DNA of 64,000 bases from Trichormus sp. ATA11-4-KO1 (GCA_019358915.1 JAHHIM010000003.1:96001-160000); one strand, 5' to 3'; counted from the first letter of the stretch, positions 18,277 through 28,801 are shown. Notes: generated by a model not told the origin, from the letters alone. A program made the numbers and translations.

Positions 18277-19485
18277 TTGCAAAATACTTTTACTGTGGAC
18301 AACGCTTTAATAGTAGAAAGCGTCATATCTTTTATATTGCTACTTCTCCAAGTACCAGCAACAGCGATTCTACTCTCGCGTCTAGTCAAGGGGCCAAGAC
18401 GCCATCCCCCCATTCAACCACAACAGCCAACACCTGAGCTTTTGGGTAGTGTCAGTGTTGTCGTTCCCACGCTGAATGAGGCACTTCGCATTAGTCCTCT
18501 GTTATCTGGCTTGAGTCGGCAAAGCTACGAAGTTCGGGAAATAATTGTGGTAGATAGCAATTCCCAAGATGGCACCCCGGACTTAGTGAAAACCGCACAA
18601 CAGCAAGACCCCCGTTTTCGCCTCATGACAGATGACCCACTACCTTCTACTTGGGTGGGTCGTCCTTGGGCACTGCATAACGGCTTTTTGCATAGTTCAG
18701 ACGCAAGTCAGTGGTTTTTAGGGATGGATGCTGATACTCAGCCACATCCGGGTTTAGTGGCTGGTTTGGTGAAGACCGCACAAGCACAAGGATATGATTT
18801 GGTTTCCCTCTCACCCCAATTTATCCTCCAGTACCCAGGTGAATGCTTGCTGCAACCAGCGCTATTAATGACTTTACTTTATCGATTTGATCCGGCTGGG
18901 ATCAACACCGAGCAACCAGAACGGGTAATGGCCAATGGTCAATGCTTTTTATGTCGTCGCTCAGTTTTAGCTGCTGTGGGTGGTTATACCAGTGCCAGTA
19001 ATTCCTTTTGTGATGATGTGACATTGGCGCGATATATTGCTGCCCAGGGCTTTAAAGTAGGCTTTTTAGATGGCGCTAAGGTGTTGAAGGTACGGATGTA
19101 TGAAGGAGCGGTAGAAACGTGGAAAGAATGGGGGCGCAGTCTCGATTTGAAAGATGCATCTCCATCTGCTCAAATTTGGGGAGATTTATGGTTACTCTCA
19201 GCAGTTCAGGGTTTACCTTTGCCAATTGTATTAACCTACCTGCTGCTTTCTCCCCATCTCCCCATCTCCCCATCTCCCCATCTCCTTTTATTGGGACTGA
19301 ATCTATTTTTGTTGGTGATTCGCTTTGCCATGTTATTGGCGATCGCGCCTTCCTATGATCGCCAAAGCGCTAAAGGTGGTTGGTTATTCTGGCTTTCTCC
19401 TTTAGCTGACCCCATAGCAGTGCTACGCATCTTCTTATCTGCATTCCACACTCCACGGGAGTGGCGAGGAAGGAAGTATGAGTGA
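18277..19485 (+). CDS. cruG: GT2 glycosyltransferase CruG (myxol glycosylation)
   Basis: VVPTLNEA, WVGRPWAL, DAD, ANGQCF, WGRSLDLKD; follows cruF; start uncertain. Confidence 0.9.
   Translation: MQNTFTVDNALIVESVISFILLLLQVPATAILLSRLVKGPRRHPPIQPQQPTPELLGSVSVVVPTLNEALRISPLLSGLSRQSYEVREIIVVDSNSQDGTPDLVKTAQQQDPRFRLMTDDPLPSTWVGRPWALHNGFLHSSDASQWFLGMDADTQPHPGLVAGLVKTAQAQGYDLVSLSPQFILQYPGECLLQPALLMTLLYRFDPAGINTEQPERVMANGQCFLCRRSVLAAVGGYTSASNSFCDDVTLARYIAAQGFKVGFLDGAKVLKVRMYEGAVETWKEWGRSLDLKDASPSAQIWGDLWLLSAVQGLPLPIVLTYLLLSPHLPISPSPHLLLLGLNLFLLVIRFAMLLAIAPSYDRQSAKGGWLFWLSPLADPIAVLRIFLSAFHTPREWRGRKYE
19249..19285. repeat. (TCTCCCCA)x4 octamer array inside cruG
   Basis: Encodes SPHLPISPSPHL. Confidence 0.9.
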
Positions 19486-19515
19486 GTGCTGAGTGCTGAG
19501 TGCTGAGTGCTGAGT
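19483..19515. repeat. STRR (TGAGTGC)x4
   Basis: Tandem heptamers; same family at 6388, 26263, 53127 and 58324. Confidence 0.9.
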
Positions 19516-19545
19516 AGGAGTTTCTTCCCCTGCTCCCTTGCTCCC

Positions 19546-20454
19546 TCAATCTTCTTCACCTCCCAAGCGATCGCCTCGTTCTAGTTCCCAGAGAATTTGA
19601 TTACCTTCGCGTCTTACCCGTGATACAATCCAGTTCCGCCAGCGCCATTGGTCTCCCCGACTAGTGACTGCGCTGGCGTGGACATCCATCAAGTCTGCTA
19701 GTTCAGAACTGGTGATTAAGTAACCTTTGTGAGAAATTTCGTCAGCTATATGTAGAGTTTCCACCAAGTTGCGGAGTTGTTCGACTCTCGTGGCGGGCGG
19801 TTTTTCTTCATTTGCGGCCGCAGCTTGTGCGGTGGATGGTTCCATAACGTCTATATCTAATGCAGAAGTACTGTTATCTTGTGTACTTGTGTTAATTATT
19901 GTAAAATTTTTATCATATTCAGCTACTTTTGCTACATTTGTTTCACTTGGATTCGGTAAAGATTTGTAAGATTCCGGAGAAGATAATTGTTGTAGGGATG
20001 GGATTTCACCGCTAGCAAAGGAGCGAGCAATCACATCACAACGCTCGTTACCTATGTTACCAGAATGTCCCCGCACGTGTTGCCAATTTACAAGTCGGCT
20101 ATTGAGTTCATCAAGAGTTTCTAAAAGGTCTTGGTTCTGAACAGGTTTACCATCTGCTTTTTTCCAGCCTCTGTTTTTCCAGCCTGGTACCCACTTAGTG
20201 ACGCAATTAATTAGGTATTCGCTATCGGTGTAGAGGGTAATGGGTTGAGTTTGTGCTGATGCTTCCAGAAATTTTAGGGCGGCGATCGCGGCTTGCATTT
20301 CCATTTTATTATTGGTGGTATAGCTAGCAGCATCACCCATTTCGTGAATTGAGCCATCACTGAAATACACTACAACACCCCAACCTCCAGGGCCAGGGTT
20401 ACCAGTGCAAGCGCCATCAGTGTAGATACTTTGAATTGTGCGTTGATTGGACAT
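19546..20454 (-). CDS. rnhA: ribonuclease HI with cyanobacterial C-terminal extension
   Basis: YTDGACTGNPGPGGWG, TTNNKME, TDSEY, HVRGHSG..GNERCD. Confidence 0.93.
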   Translation of the reverse strand: MSNQRTIQSIYTDGACTGNPGPGGWGVVVYFSDGSIHEMGDAASYTTNNKMEMQAAIAALKFLEASAQTQPITLYTDSEYLINCVTKWVPGWKNRGWKKADGKPVQNQDLLETLDELNSRLVNWQHVRGHSGNIGNERCDVIARSFASGEIPSLQQLSSPESYKSLPNPSETNVAKVAEYDKNFTIINTSTQDNSTSALDIDVMEPSTAQAAAANEEKPPATRVEQLRNLVETLHIADEISHKGYLITSSELADLMDVHASAVTSRGDQWRWRNWIVSRVRREGNQILWELERGDRLGGEED

Positions 20455-20721
20455 AGTGAAGATAACCGCAAGGTACGCAGAGGAATTTAGCGGTGAAAGA
20501 TGCAAAGTAAGATAAAGCAATATATAGGTTAACGCAACAAAAAGAAAAATCAATAGCAATCACTGAAAAGAATGTAGAAATGTAGTATTGCTAAGTCTGT
20601 ACAGATTTTCTGGAAAAAAATATTTAATTTTAAAGATAAGTGACGTAATTTACACAAAAAACGGCAAAAGCCATATGATTTCTATTGTCTTAAAGAAGGA
20701 AGTGCTGTTGGAGTCAGAAGG

Positions 20722-20823
20722 CTTGTACTGAGCGTAGCCGAAGTGAAGAAGGAAAATTGGTGGTCACTGAGCAGTTCGACAGGAGTTCGGCGAAGGCTAC
20801 TTCGACAAGGCTCAGTACAAGTC
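20722..20823. repeat. cluster of short dispersed repeats upstream of the lipoxygenase
   Basis: CTTGTACTGAGCGTAGCCGAAGT and inverted ACTTCGACAAGGCTCAGTACAAG; same family as 6406-6429. Confidence 0.65.
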
Positions 20824-20958
20824 ACTCGAGCCGCTCACTGTATCACTTGTCAAAGTGGGGATTTAAACCCGTTTGACAAGAAGAAAGAAGACTTCTTCCT
20901 TATATCTTCTTCCCCCTTCCTTCGTTAAAGTCTGATTTTAGGTGGAGGAGAATACTTA

Positions 20959-22803
20959 ATGCGCTCACCGAATCAACACCAACGACACGAAAAATTAATT
21001 GAGCAATATGTTTTGTCACGCCGGACTATGCTGGCTTTATTAGGTTTAGTTTGTGCCCCTGGCTTAGAAAGCTTGATAGTAGGGGATACTCAACCACCAA
21101 TACCAAAACCTCCAGCTAATCCGCAGATTCCCACTTTACCGCAAGATGATTCACTAACAACCCAGCAAGAGCGGCAACAGCAGTTACAACAAGCACGTCA
21201 AGCATATCAGGTAGCATTGCGACTACCAACTTCTGTGCGGGTAGCAAGTTTACCTGTCCAAGAGTTTTTTTCTGAGGGATATAACAACAACCGCGACATC
21301 CAAACAGAGAAAATAGTAGCGAATCAACAAGCATTTTTCCAGAATCCGCAGTCTTTTCTCAGGTTAGACGACTACGCTAGCGTCTTTCCCGTCCTACCTT
21401 TACCAGATATTGCTAAAACATTCCGCAATGATGCTACGTTCGCTCAACAGAGGCTTTCTGGCCCCAACCCGATGGAACTAACCAATGTTTTAGCGCTCGA
21501 TTATTCTTTAACTCAAAAACTGGGAATTACAGATGAGATTTTTCAAACTGTATTGAGATCAGTACACAGAGGCAGAAACGTTAGAGAAACTATTAAAAGT
21601 GCCACTCAAAAAGGCAGTTTATTTGTCACCGATTATGCTTCACTTGCCAGCGATAAGATTACCGCCAAACCAAATCAATATCTTACCGCACCCATCGCTC
21701 TTTATTATGGCGATCGCCTGAGGGGAAATTGGCAATTAATTCCGATAGCTATCCAACTCGGACAAATTCCCGGAGTCAGTCTACTGTGTACGCCTCTGGA
21801 TGGTGTGGACTGGACTTTGGCGAAAATAATTATCCAGATGGCTGATTTTTATGTCCATGAATTGGTACGTCACTTAGGTCAAACTCATCTAGTTTTAGAA
21901 CCTATCGCCTTAGCTACCGTTCGAGAACTAGCAGCGCGTCATCCTGTCAATGTGCTACTCAAGCCCCACTTTGAATTCACAATGGCGATTAATGCTGTTG
22001 GTGATCAGGTACTCATCAATCCTGGAGGCTTCGTAGAGATCATCCTCGGAGGTACCCTGGAAAGCTCAAGGAATCTTGCTAATCAGGGTGTTGCTGATGT
22101 TTTCAACAACTTTAGCGACTTTGCTCTGCCTAACAATTTACGCCTACGCGGTGTCGATGACCGTTCTGGATTGCGAGAGTTTCCTTATCGTGATGATGGG
22201 TTGCTAATTTGGCAAGCTTTAGAAGATTATGTAAGTCAATATATTGGCATTTACTACAGATCCAACCGAGATGTTCGTGAGGATTTTGAACTGCAAAATT
22301 GGTTACAAACTTTACGTAACCCCATCAGTGAACAAGGTTTTGGTGTAGTTTCCCTACCATCGCAACTGACCACCCGTGACCAATTGATTGATTTACTCAC
22401 ACAAATTATTTTTACTGCTGGGCCGCAACACTCAGCTATTGCCTGGATTCAATATCAATATATGGCTTTTATTCCCAATATGCCTGGAGCAATTTATCAA
22501 CCCATTCCCACAATTAAAGGCATCATGCGGGATGAAAATAGCCTAACTAGTTTCCTCCCTGGTGTGGCTGCAACCTTTACTCAGGTCAACCTCATGGCAG
22601 GAATTGGCACTAAACGCGATCCTAAGGCATTTACAGATTTTGGTGAAAATAGTTTTCAAGACCATCGCGCCATTGCTGTTCTCAGAAGCTTGCAGAATCG
22701 TCTTCAAGCTTTAGAAAAACTCATCGAACAACGCAATAAACGCCGACAAGAATGCTATCCTGGCTTTCTACCTTCCCGCATGGCTAATAGTACCAGTGGT
22801 TGA
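20959..22803 (+). CDS. lox: lipoxygenase with a twin-arginine-like leader
   Basis: FAQQRLSGPNP, LIPIAIQL, HELVRHLGQTHLVLE, LLKPHF, PYRDDG, PQHSA. Confidence 0.93.
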   Translation: MRSPNQHQRHEKLIEQYVLSRRTMLALLGLVCAPGLESLIVGDTQPPIPKPPANPQIPTLPQDDSLTTQQERQQQLQQARQAYQVALRLPTSVRVASLPVQEFFSEGYNNNRDIQTEKIVANQQAFFQNPQSFLRLDDYASVFPVLPLPDIAKTFRNDATFAQQRLSGPNPMELTNVLALDYSLTQKLGITDEIFQTVLRSVHRGRNVRETIKSATQKGSLFVTDYASLASDKITAKPNQYLTAPIALYYGDRLRGNWQLIPIAIQLGQIPGVSLLCTPLDGVDWTLAKIIIQMADFYVHELVRHLGQTHLVLEPIALATVRELAARHPVNVLLKPHFEFTMAINAVGDQVLINPGGFVEIILGGTLESSRNLANQGVADVFNNFSDFALPNNLRLRGVDDRSGLREFPYRDDGLLIWQALEDYVSQYIGIYYRSNRDVREDFELQNWLQTLRNPISEQGFGVVSLPSQLTTRDQLIDLLTQIIFTAGPQHSAIAWIQYQYMAFIPNMPGAIYQPIPTIKGIMRDENSLTSFLPGVAATFTQVNLMAGIGTKRDPKAFTDFGENSFQDHRAIAVLRSLQNRLQALEKLIEQRNKRRQECYPGFLPSRMANSTSG

Positions 22804-22838
22804 TACTCCGCTTGCCTGACTTAGAGACTCCTTAATAT

Positions 22839-23228
22839 TTAGGGTTTTGCGACTTGGCAGTTTGTTAGTCCCCTAGCTCGTTTGATAAATTTTTCATCAA
22901 ATGTGTACAGATGAGTATATGTTTTGGCATGAGCAAGATGAAAAGCATCTGCAAAATCTAACCCAGCCTCATGCCAATGCAATACTTGAGCCATTAAATG
23001 TGCATTAGTCAGATGGACATTCGCCAAACCACATAGCTTGTGTAGAGCTATACATATCTCTTTTGGTTTAAATTTATAGGCGAATCTCAGTACCCATTCT
23101 GTTTCAAGAATTACTGTTTCTGGGATAAAAATTTGATAGTTGTTAAAAATTTCTAAACTTTTTTCATACTGTAACTCGTCATCTTGAGTTAACAGCCTGA
23201 CCACAATATTAGTATCAACAGCAATCAT
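22839..23228 (-). CDS. vapC: VapC PIN-domain toxin
   Basis: VDTNIVVR, LETEWVL, DFADA, TFD. Confidence 0.9.
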   Translation of the reverse strand: MIAVDTNIVVRLLTQDDELQYEKSLEIFNNYQIFIPETVILETEWVLRFAYKFKPKEICIALHKLCGLANVHLTNAHLMAQVLHWHEAGLDFADAFHLAHAKTYTHLYTFDEKFIKRARGLTNCQVAKP

Positions 23229-23478
23229 GCCACGATTCCTCTATACCTTGTCGAATAGCATCCTCCATATCTTCCAGAGACTTTGGTGTACCTTGATATT
23301 TCAAACACCCTGCAACATCATCTAATTGTGTTTCAGGGAATAATTTCTTTGGTTTTAAAAGAATACCATCACCCATTTCAGTCAATATTAATTCCTGCCC
23401 TACCTCCCAACCATAAGCTTTTCTTAAGCTTTCAGGGATAATTACTTGCCCTTGATCAGATAATTTTGTAGTTTCCAT
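23215..23478 (-). CDS. vapB: AbrB/MazE-fold antitoxin
   Basis: TKLSDQGQVIIPESLR..YGWEVG; overlaps the PIN gene. Confidence 0.88.
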   Translation of the reverse strand: METTKLSDQGQVIIPESLRKAYGWEVGQELILTEMGDGILLKPKKLFPETQLDDVAGCLKYQGTPKSLEDMEDAIRQGIEESWHDCC

Positions 23479-23600
23479 TTCAGTGATCAGCTAGGAAAGC
23501 TGTGATGATGTGGATATTATAGCTATGAAGTTATGACGCGATCGCCTAATTCTAAATTCTGCTATTTATCCTTTGAAGGAATTTATACTTAGTCATCAGC

Positions 23601-23936
23601 CTATAAATATTCAATCCAACCCTGCATTTCGTTAGGACTGAATACTTCGTAAACTAAAACCAAACTACGAATGATTTCACCTAATGAACGGGTGTTATTC
23701 TTACAAAAAGCAACTCCCCAATGCTCTGTACTTTGACTAGCTAATCTGAGAAAATCTGTATCATGGGTAACAATTACTCGACGTTGTTCACAGGCAAACG
23801 CTAACTGCGCCTCATCAGTTTTACCCAGTAAATTCATCTCAAGAGTTGTGGTTACATCAATGCCTTGACGACGTAAAGCCAAAGCAACATCTGGATCAAC
23901 ATTTTCATCCAAATGGTATTGAATGCGGTCACTCAC
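23601..23936 (-). CDS. DUF5615 PIN-like toxin
   Basis: HLDENV, GKTDEAQL, IVTHDTDF, HWGV. Confidence 0.85.
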   Translation of the reverse strand: MSDRIQYHLDENVDPDVALALRRQGIDVTTTLEMNLLGKTDEAQLAFACEQRRVIVTHDTDFLRLASQSTEHWGVAFCKNNTRSLGEIIRSLVLVYEVFSPNEMQGWIEYL

Positions 23937-24240
23937 CGCTTAACTCCTTTAGCTTTGCTTGTAACCGGGATGGATAGTTACTCTGCAACGAGTCAGCAAA
24001 AGCTTCATCATCCTGAATACTCTGTTCAATTTCATCTCGATGATCGTAATAGTATGCCATCGCCGCATACACAGAAGCTAGAGACAGATGATATTTACCA
24101 GCTATCAATTCTAAAGACTGTCCCATCCGTAAATACCAAGTGGCAATATCGCTGACTGTGATGCGAGTGTTGGTAATTCGCGGTTTACCACCTCTAATTC
24201 CTGGTGTAATTTCAATATGTTGATTGATTGTGACTGCCAT
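23929..24240 (-). CDS. DUF433 antitoxin-like protein
   Basis: PGIRGGKPRITNTRITV, LASVYAAMAYYYDHRDEI. Confidence 0.9.
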   Translation of the reverse strand: MAVTINQHIEITPGIRGGKPRITNTRITVSDIATWYLRMGQSLELIAGKYHLSLASVYAAMAYYYDHRDEIEQSIQDDEAFADSLQSNYPSRLQAKLKELSGE

Positions 24241-24369
24241 AATTATATGATTTTAGTCAGGCTGTAATAACTCTATTGTCTCTCAATAATCACAAAGACA
24301 ATGGGTATGATTCCATCCGTGATCTAAGATGATTGGGTATTGTATAGTCTGACGATCGCCTAATCAAAG

Positions 24370-25365
24370 ATGATTGAAGTAGAACATCTGAGTAAAACCT
24401 ACGGTTCTACCCCTGCGATTACTGATGTGACCTTTAGCGTCGAGCCAGGGGAAATTTTAGGGTTTTTGGGGCCGAATGGTGCTGGTAAAACCACAACTAT
24501 GCGGATTTTAGCCGGGTATCTCCCCGCGACTAATGGTAAAGCCAAGATAGCCGGCTTTGATGTCAATGATGATTCCCTCGCTGTTCGCCAACGCATTGGC
24601 TATTTACCAGAAACACCGCCGTTATATCCAGACATGACAGTGGAGGGGTTTTTACATTTTGTAGCACGAATTAAAGGCATATCCGCAGGCGATCGCGCCA
24701 ACAAAGTTACAGCCGCCATCGCTCGCTGCAACTTAGAAGATAAGCGTAAAGTCATTATTCGCAAATTATCTAAAGGATATCGCCAAAGAGTTGGCATTGC
24801 TCAAGCGATCGTCCATGATCCACCAGCGATTATTTTAGATGAACCCACAGTAGGACTTGACCCCCGACAAATTATTGAGGTACGTAATTTAATTAAAAGC
24901 CTGGCGGGAACGCACACCATTATTCTGTCTACGCATATTTTGCCAGAAGTGAGTATGACTTGTAGCCGCGTCGCCATTATTAATCGGGGGAAAGTAGTAG
25001 CAACTAATACACCAGAAAATTTAATGACTCAGTTGGCAGGCGGGTCAGGATATGAAATAGAAATTGAAGGAGAAGCTGGTTTAGCCAAACAGGTACTGCA
25101 AAATGTATCTGGTGTAAGTTTGGTAGAATCTGTTTCTAGTCATCACTCATCTAGCGACAGCCGCGCCTACTTGCGGGTAATATCGCAACCAGGAATTGAA
25201 CCAGGAAAAGATATTGCGATAACCTTAGTACGTGCAGGATTTGGATTACATGAAATGCGGCGTGTTAGCGCTACCCTGGAAGATGTATTTTTGCAACTAA
25301 CCACAGCCGAAAAGAATTTAGATTCCCTTGCAGATTCAGAAACTACCGAAGGAGAAGCAGCATAA
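24370..25365 (+). CDS. ABC transporter ATP-binding subunit (GldA-like)
   Basis: GPNGAGKTT, LSKGYRQR, ILDEPT. Confidence 0.92.
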   Translation: MIEVEHLSKTYGSTPAITDVTFSVEPGEILGFLGPNGAGKTTTMRILAGYLPATNGKAKIAGFDVNDDSLAVRQRIGYLPETPPLYPDMTVEGFLHFVARIKGISAGDRANKVTAAIARCNLEDKRKVIIRKLSKGYRQRVGIAQAIVHDPPAIILDEPTVGLDPRQIIEVRNLIKSLAGTHTIILSTHILPEVSMTCSRVAIINRGKVVATNTPENLMTQLAGGSGYEIEIEGEAGLAKQVLQNVSGVSLVESVSSHHSSSDSRAYLRVISQPGIEPGKDIAITLVRAGFGLHEMRRVSATLEDVFLQLTTAEKNLDSLADSETTEGEAA

Positions 25366-26178
25366 ATGGGTATAGTAATGAGTAATATTATTGCCATTTA
25401 TCGCCGAGAGTTACAGAGTTATTTTGTCTCACCCTTAGCTTATGCGATCGCTAGTGTATTTTGGTTTATTGCTGGGTTATTCCTGGTGACAATTTTGCTG
25501 GGGCCAGATGGGATTTTACCGGCCGTGGCACAATTAGATTCCCAAGGACAACAACTAGGCATACCAATTCCACCAATTGATGTTCCTTACGAATTTGTCC
25601 GGGCATTTTTGGATCGCATGGGTTGGCTATTATTATTTATTTTACCTATTCTCTCAATGGGATTGTATGCCGAAGAACGCAAGCGCGGTACTTTGGAACT
25701 TTTAGCCACGTCACCAGTTACTAATTGGGCAGTAGCCGTAGGTAAATTATTAGGAGTACTCACATTTTTTACCACGCTGATTGTACCCTTATTCATATTT
25801 CAGGCGATCGCGATCAGTGCGTCAAATCCACCCATTTCGCCGACAATTTCCTTAGTGGGTCATTTGGGATTAATCTTGCTAGCAGCAGCAATTCTATCTT
25901 TGGGAATGTTTATTTCCTCACTTACAGACAGCACTATTTTGTCTGCTGTCCTCACCTTCGCTCTGGTTTTATTGCTGTTGTTAGTTGATGTGATTGCCAA
26001 AAGTATTGGTGGCCCAGTGGGTGCAGCCTTGGGTCATTTGTCGTTATTAAAACATTACAACACTCTAATTCAAGGAATTTTTGATACCAGCGCTGTGATT
26101 TTATTTGCTAGTTACATTTTTTTGGGCATTTTTCTAACAGCCCAATCAATTGATGCATTGCGATTTCAGCGTCAGTAG
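25366..26178 (+). CDS. ABC-2 permease (GldF-like)
   Basis: RELQSYFVSPLAY, AEERKRGTLELL.TSP. Confidence 0.88.
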   Translation: MGIVMSNIIAIYRRELQSYFVSPLAYAIASVFWFIAGLFLVTILLGPDGILPAVAQLDSQGQQLGIPIPPIDVPYEFVRAFLDRMGWLLLFILPILSMGLYAEERKRGTLELLATSPVTNWAVAVGKLLGVLTFFTTLIVPLFIFQAIAISASNPPISPTISLVGHLGLILLAAAILSLGMFISSLTDSTILSAVLTFALVLLLLLVDVIAKSIGGPVGAALGHLSLLKHYNTLIQGIFDTSAVILFASYIFLGIFLTAQSIDALRFQRQ

Positions 26179-26401
26179 TTAATGAAGAGTGCGGAGTTAA
26201 AAAACCGCCACACTTCGCGTTGCTTGTACCGAGTGCGAAAGTCCTTCCTTCTTCTTCTTTTGACTCAGCACTCAGCACTGATTAATGATCCATGACCGAA
26301 ATAATTCAAAATCGCTAAATTCGAGTTTCCATCCTGCGAATTTACTCATGGGCATAATTTTTAATTTTTAACTAATAATTTGCAATTAGTAGTGAAGTAA
26401 T

Positions 26402-28099
26402 ATGAAAATCAGTAAAAAAAAGCAACTTTGGAAATATTTGTTTTGGCTGGGCCCATTCCTGATTGCTGTGGGCTTAACATCTGGGTTAGTTTCTGGAAAC
26501 TGGGGACTAATTCCCTTGGTATTTCTAATTACAGGGCTTGTTATTAGTGGGTTGTGGATAGTTTGGCAAAGTCAGCAAACTAAATGGTGGAATCGTCGTT
26601 CTACTCAAGCTGGTACTAATGCTTTGGTGGCGATTTTGGCTGTTTTGGTAATTTTAGGGTTGATTAATTTTTTAGGTACTCGCTACAACCTGCGGACAGA
26701 CTTAACTGAGGCTCAATTATTTACCCTTGCACCCCAGTCCAAACAATTAGTGCGTGATTTACCACAGCCAGTAAAAGTTTGGATATTTGATGTTAATCAA
26801 AATCCCCAAGACCGGGAGTTGCTGGAAAATTATCGGCGACAAGGCTCAAATTTTCAGTTTGAATATGTTGACCCGGATAATAGACCAGGACTAGCAAATA
26901 AGTTTGGGATTAAAGATTATGGGGAAGTTTACCTGGAATCTGGAGATAATCGCCAACTAGTGCAAACAGTCAATGTTAATGAACGCTTATCCGAAATTCG
27001 CTTAACAAATCGCCTGCAACAACTTACTAGTGCAACCACAACTCCAGTTTACTTTCTTCAAGGTCACGGCGAACAGGCGATCGCATCTGGTCAAAATGGC
27101 ATGTCACAAGCAGTGCAAAGCTTAGGTGACAGAAGTTATACGACATCGCCACTGAATTTAGTAGAAAAGTCTACAGTTCCTGAAGATGCGGCTGTGGTTA
27201 TAGTCGCTGGCCCCAAACGAGAATTATTTGATGGTGAGGTTAAAGCCTTACAAAATTATCTCAATGGCGGTGGTAACGCACTACTAATGATTGATCCCAA
27301 TACCGAAACCAATCTCGACAACTTGTTACAAGAGTGGGGAGTTCGCCTGGATAATCGTTTAGTAGTGGATGTCTCTGGTGCAGGTGTGGGACTTGGCCCG
27401 GCTGTTCCCATAGTCACTGAATACGGAGGACACCCGATTACAAAAGAGTTTGGTAATGGTATTTCTTTTTATCGGTTAGCAAGACCTGTGGAAACTACTC
27501 CTGTAGCTGGGATTGAGGCTACTCCATTACTGCGAACCAAACCTTATCCCAACAGTTGGGCTGAAAGCGACCAAGAAAACGAAAAACTAGAGTTCAATTC
27601 TGAAGTAGACCTTCCAGGCCCTCTGACCTTGGGTGTGGCTTTGACAAGAACACAACCAGCTAAATCAGCAACCACATCTAGTCCCACGCCTGAAGCAGCG
27701 CCGCTACCCTCACCCACAACTGAAGGTCAAGCTATTCCTACTCCCCAGGCTTCACCGACACCCTCACCCACAACCGCAGGTCAAGCTAACCCCACTATTC
27801 CAACAGCAGAGAAACCTGAACAACCCGCCATTGAGTCACGGTTAGTGGTGATAGGAGATTCAGATTTCGCCACCAATGGACTATTTGAACAACAACTCAA
27901 TGGCGACGTATTCCTCAACTCAGTCACATGGCTAAGTCAACAGGATCAGCAACCTCTTTCAATTCGCCCTAAAGAACCGAGAAACCGTCGGATTAACCTG
28001 ACAATTGTACAAGCTAGTCTTTTAACATGGTCGTCTTTGTTGATATTACCCCTAATTGGATTAGTAGCTGCTGCGATTATCTGGTGGCAACGCAGATAA
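26402..28099 (+). CDS. GldG-family ABC auxiliary protein
   Basis: DLTEAQLFTL, YFLQGHGE, VIGDSDF, NGDVFLNSVTWL; Pro/Thr-rich insert. Confidence 0.88.
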   Translation: MKISKKKQLWKYLFWLGPFLIAVGLTSGLVSGNWGLIPLVFLITGLVISGLWIVWQSQQTKWWNRRSTQAGTNALVAILAVLVILGLINFLGTRYNLRTDLTEAQLFTLAPQSKQLVRDLPQPVKVWIFDVNQNPQDRELLENYRRQGSNFQFEYVDPDNRPGLANKFGIKDYGEVYLESGDNRQLVQTVNVNERLSEIRLTNRLQQLTSATTTPVYFLQGHGEQAIASGQNGMSQAVQSLGDRSYTTSPLNLVEKSTVPEDAAVVIVAGPKRELFDGEVKALQNYLNGGGNALLMIDPNTETNLDNLLQEWGVRLDNRLVVDVSGAGVGLGPAVPIVTEYGGHPITKEFGNGISFYRLARPVETTPVAGIEATPLLRTKPYPNSWAESDQENEKLEFNSEVDLPGPLTLGVALTRTQPAKSATTSSPTPEAAPLPSPTTEGQAIPTPQASPTPSPTTAGQANPTIPTAEKPEQPAIESRLVVIGDSDFATNGLFEQQLNGDVFLNSVTWLSQQDQQPLSIRPKEPRNRRINLTIVQASLLTWSSLLILPLIGLVAAAIIWWQRR

Positions 28100-28158
28100 G
28101 GTAAAAAGTGAAAATCTTTTTCAGCTTTTACTTTGATTAAAATCAGGATTTATTAACA

Positions 28159-28761
28159 ATGAAATTACCACGAACGACTTTAGTTTTAGTATTGCTAGCG
28201 TTGGGGTTGGGTGGGTTTGTCTATTTTTACGAAATTCGAGGTGCAACTCAGCGAGCAGAAATTAAGGAGCAAAAACAGCAAATTTTCTCGTTTGCAGAAG
28301 ATGATGTGCAGTCTTTGATAATTAAGACAAAAGATATCACTCTCAACTTACAACGTAACACTCAATCGAAGAATCCCAAGTGGTTGCTTACGTCCCCAAC
28401 ATCAGAACCAGCAAATGATGGTGTTGTTGCATATTTACTGGATTTATTGGTAAAAGGTACAAGCGATCGCACTTTATCAACACCAGCTAATCAGCTAGGG
28501 AATTTTGGTTTAGATCAACCTCTGGCAACTATTAATATTAATTTGAAAAATCAGCAAACTCATCAGTTAATTTTAGGTAATCCTGCTTTTAATCGTCGTT
28601 TTTTATATGCTCAAACTGGTTCAGATGCTCAACCAAATGGTAATGTAGATGTACTGCTAGTCTCTACAGATTTTGAAAATGCAGTAAATCGGGAAATTTC
28701 AGAATGGAAACAAGCCGCAGAGCCAAGCACTGCTGAAACAACTCCAGAAAAAGACCAATAA
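28159..28761 (+). CDS. DUF4340-like protein
   Basis: N-terminal TM, W..TSP..PA, FGLDQP, LILGN; typical fourth gene of this operon. Confidence 0.75.
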   Translation: MKLPRTTLVLVLLALGLGGFVYFYEIRGATQRAEIKEQKQQIFSFAEDDVQSLIIKTKDITLNLQRNTQSKNPKWLLTSPTSEPANDGVVAYLLDLLVKGTSDRTLSTPANQLGNFGLDQPLATININLKNQQTHQLILGNPAFNRRFLYAQTGSDAQPNGNVDVLLVSTDFENAVNREISEWKQAAEPSTAETTPEKDQ

Positions 28762-28801
28762 AACATGATATGAGGGATAACAAAGGCGATAGTCCGCAGT
28801 T

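Noticed and set aside
20743..20928. 61-aa ORF upstream of lox
   Set aside because: Made of dispersed repeats and hairpins.
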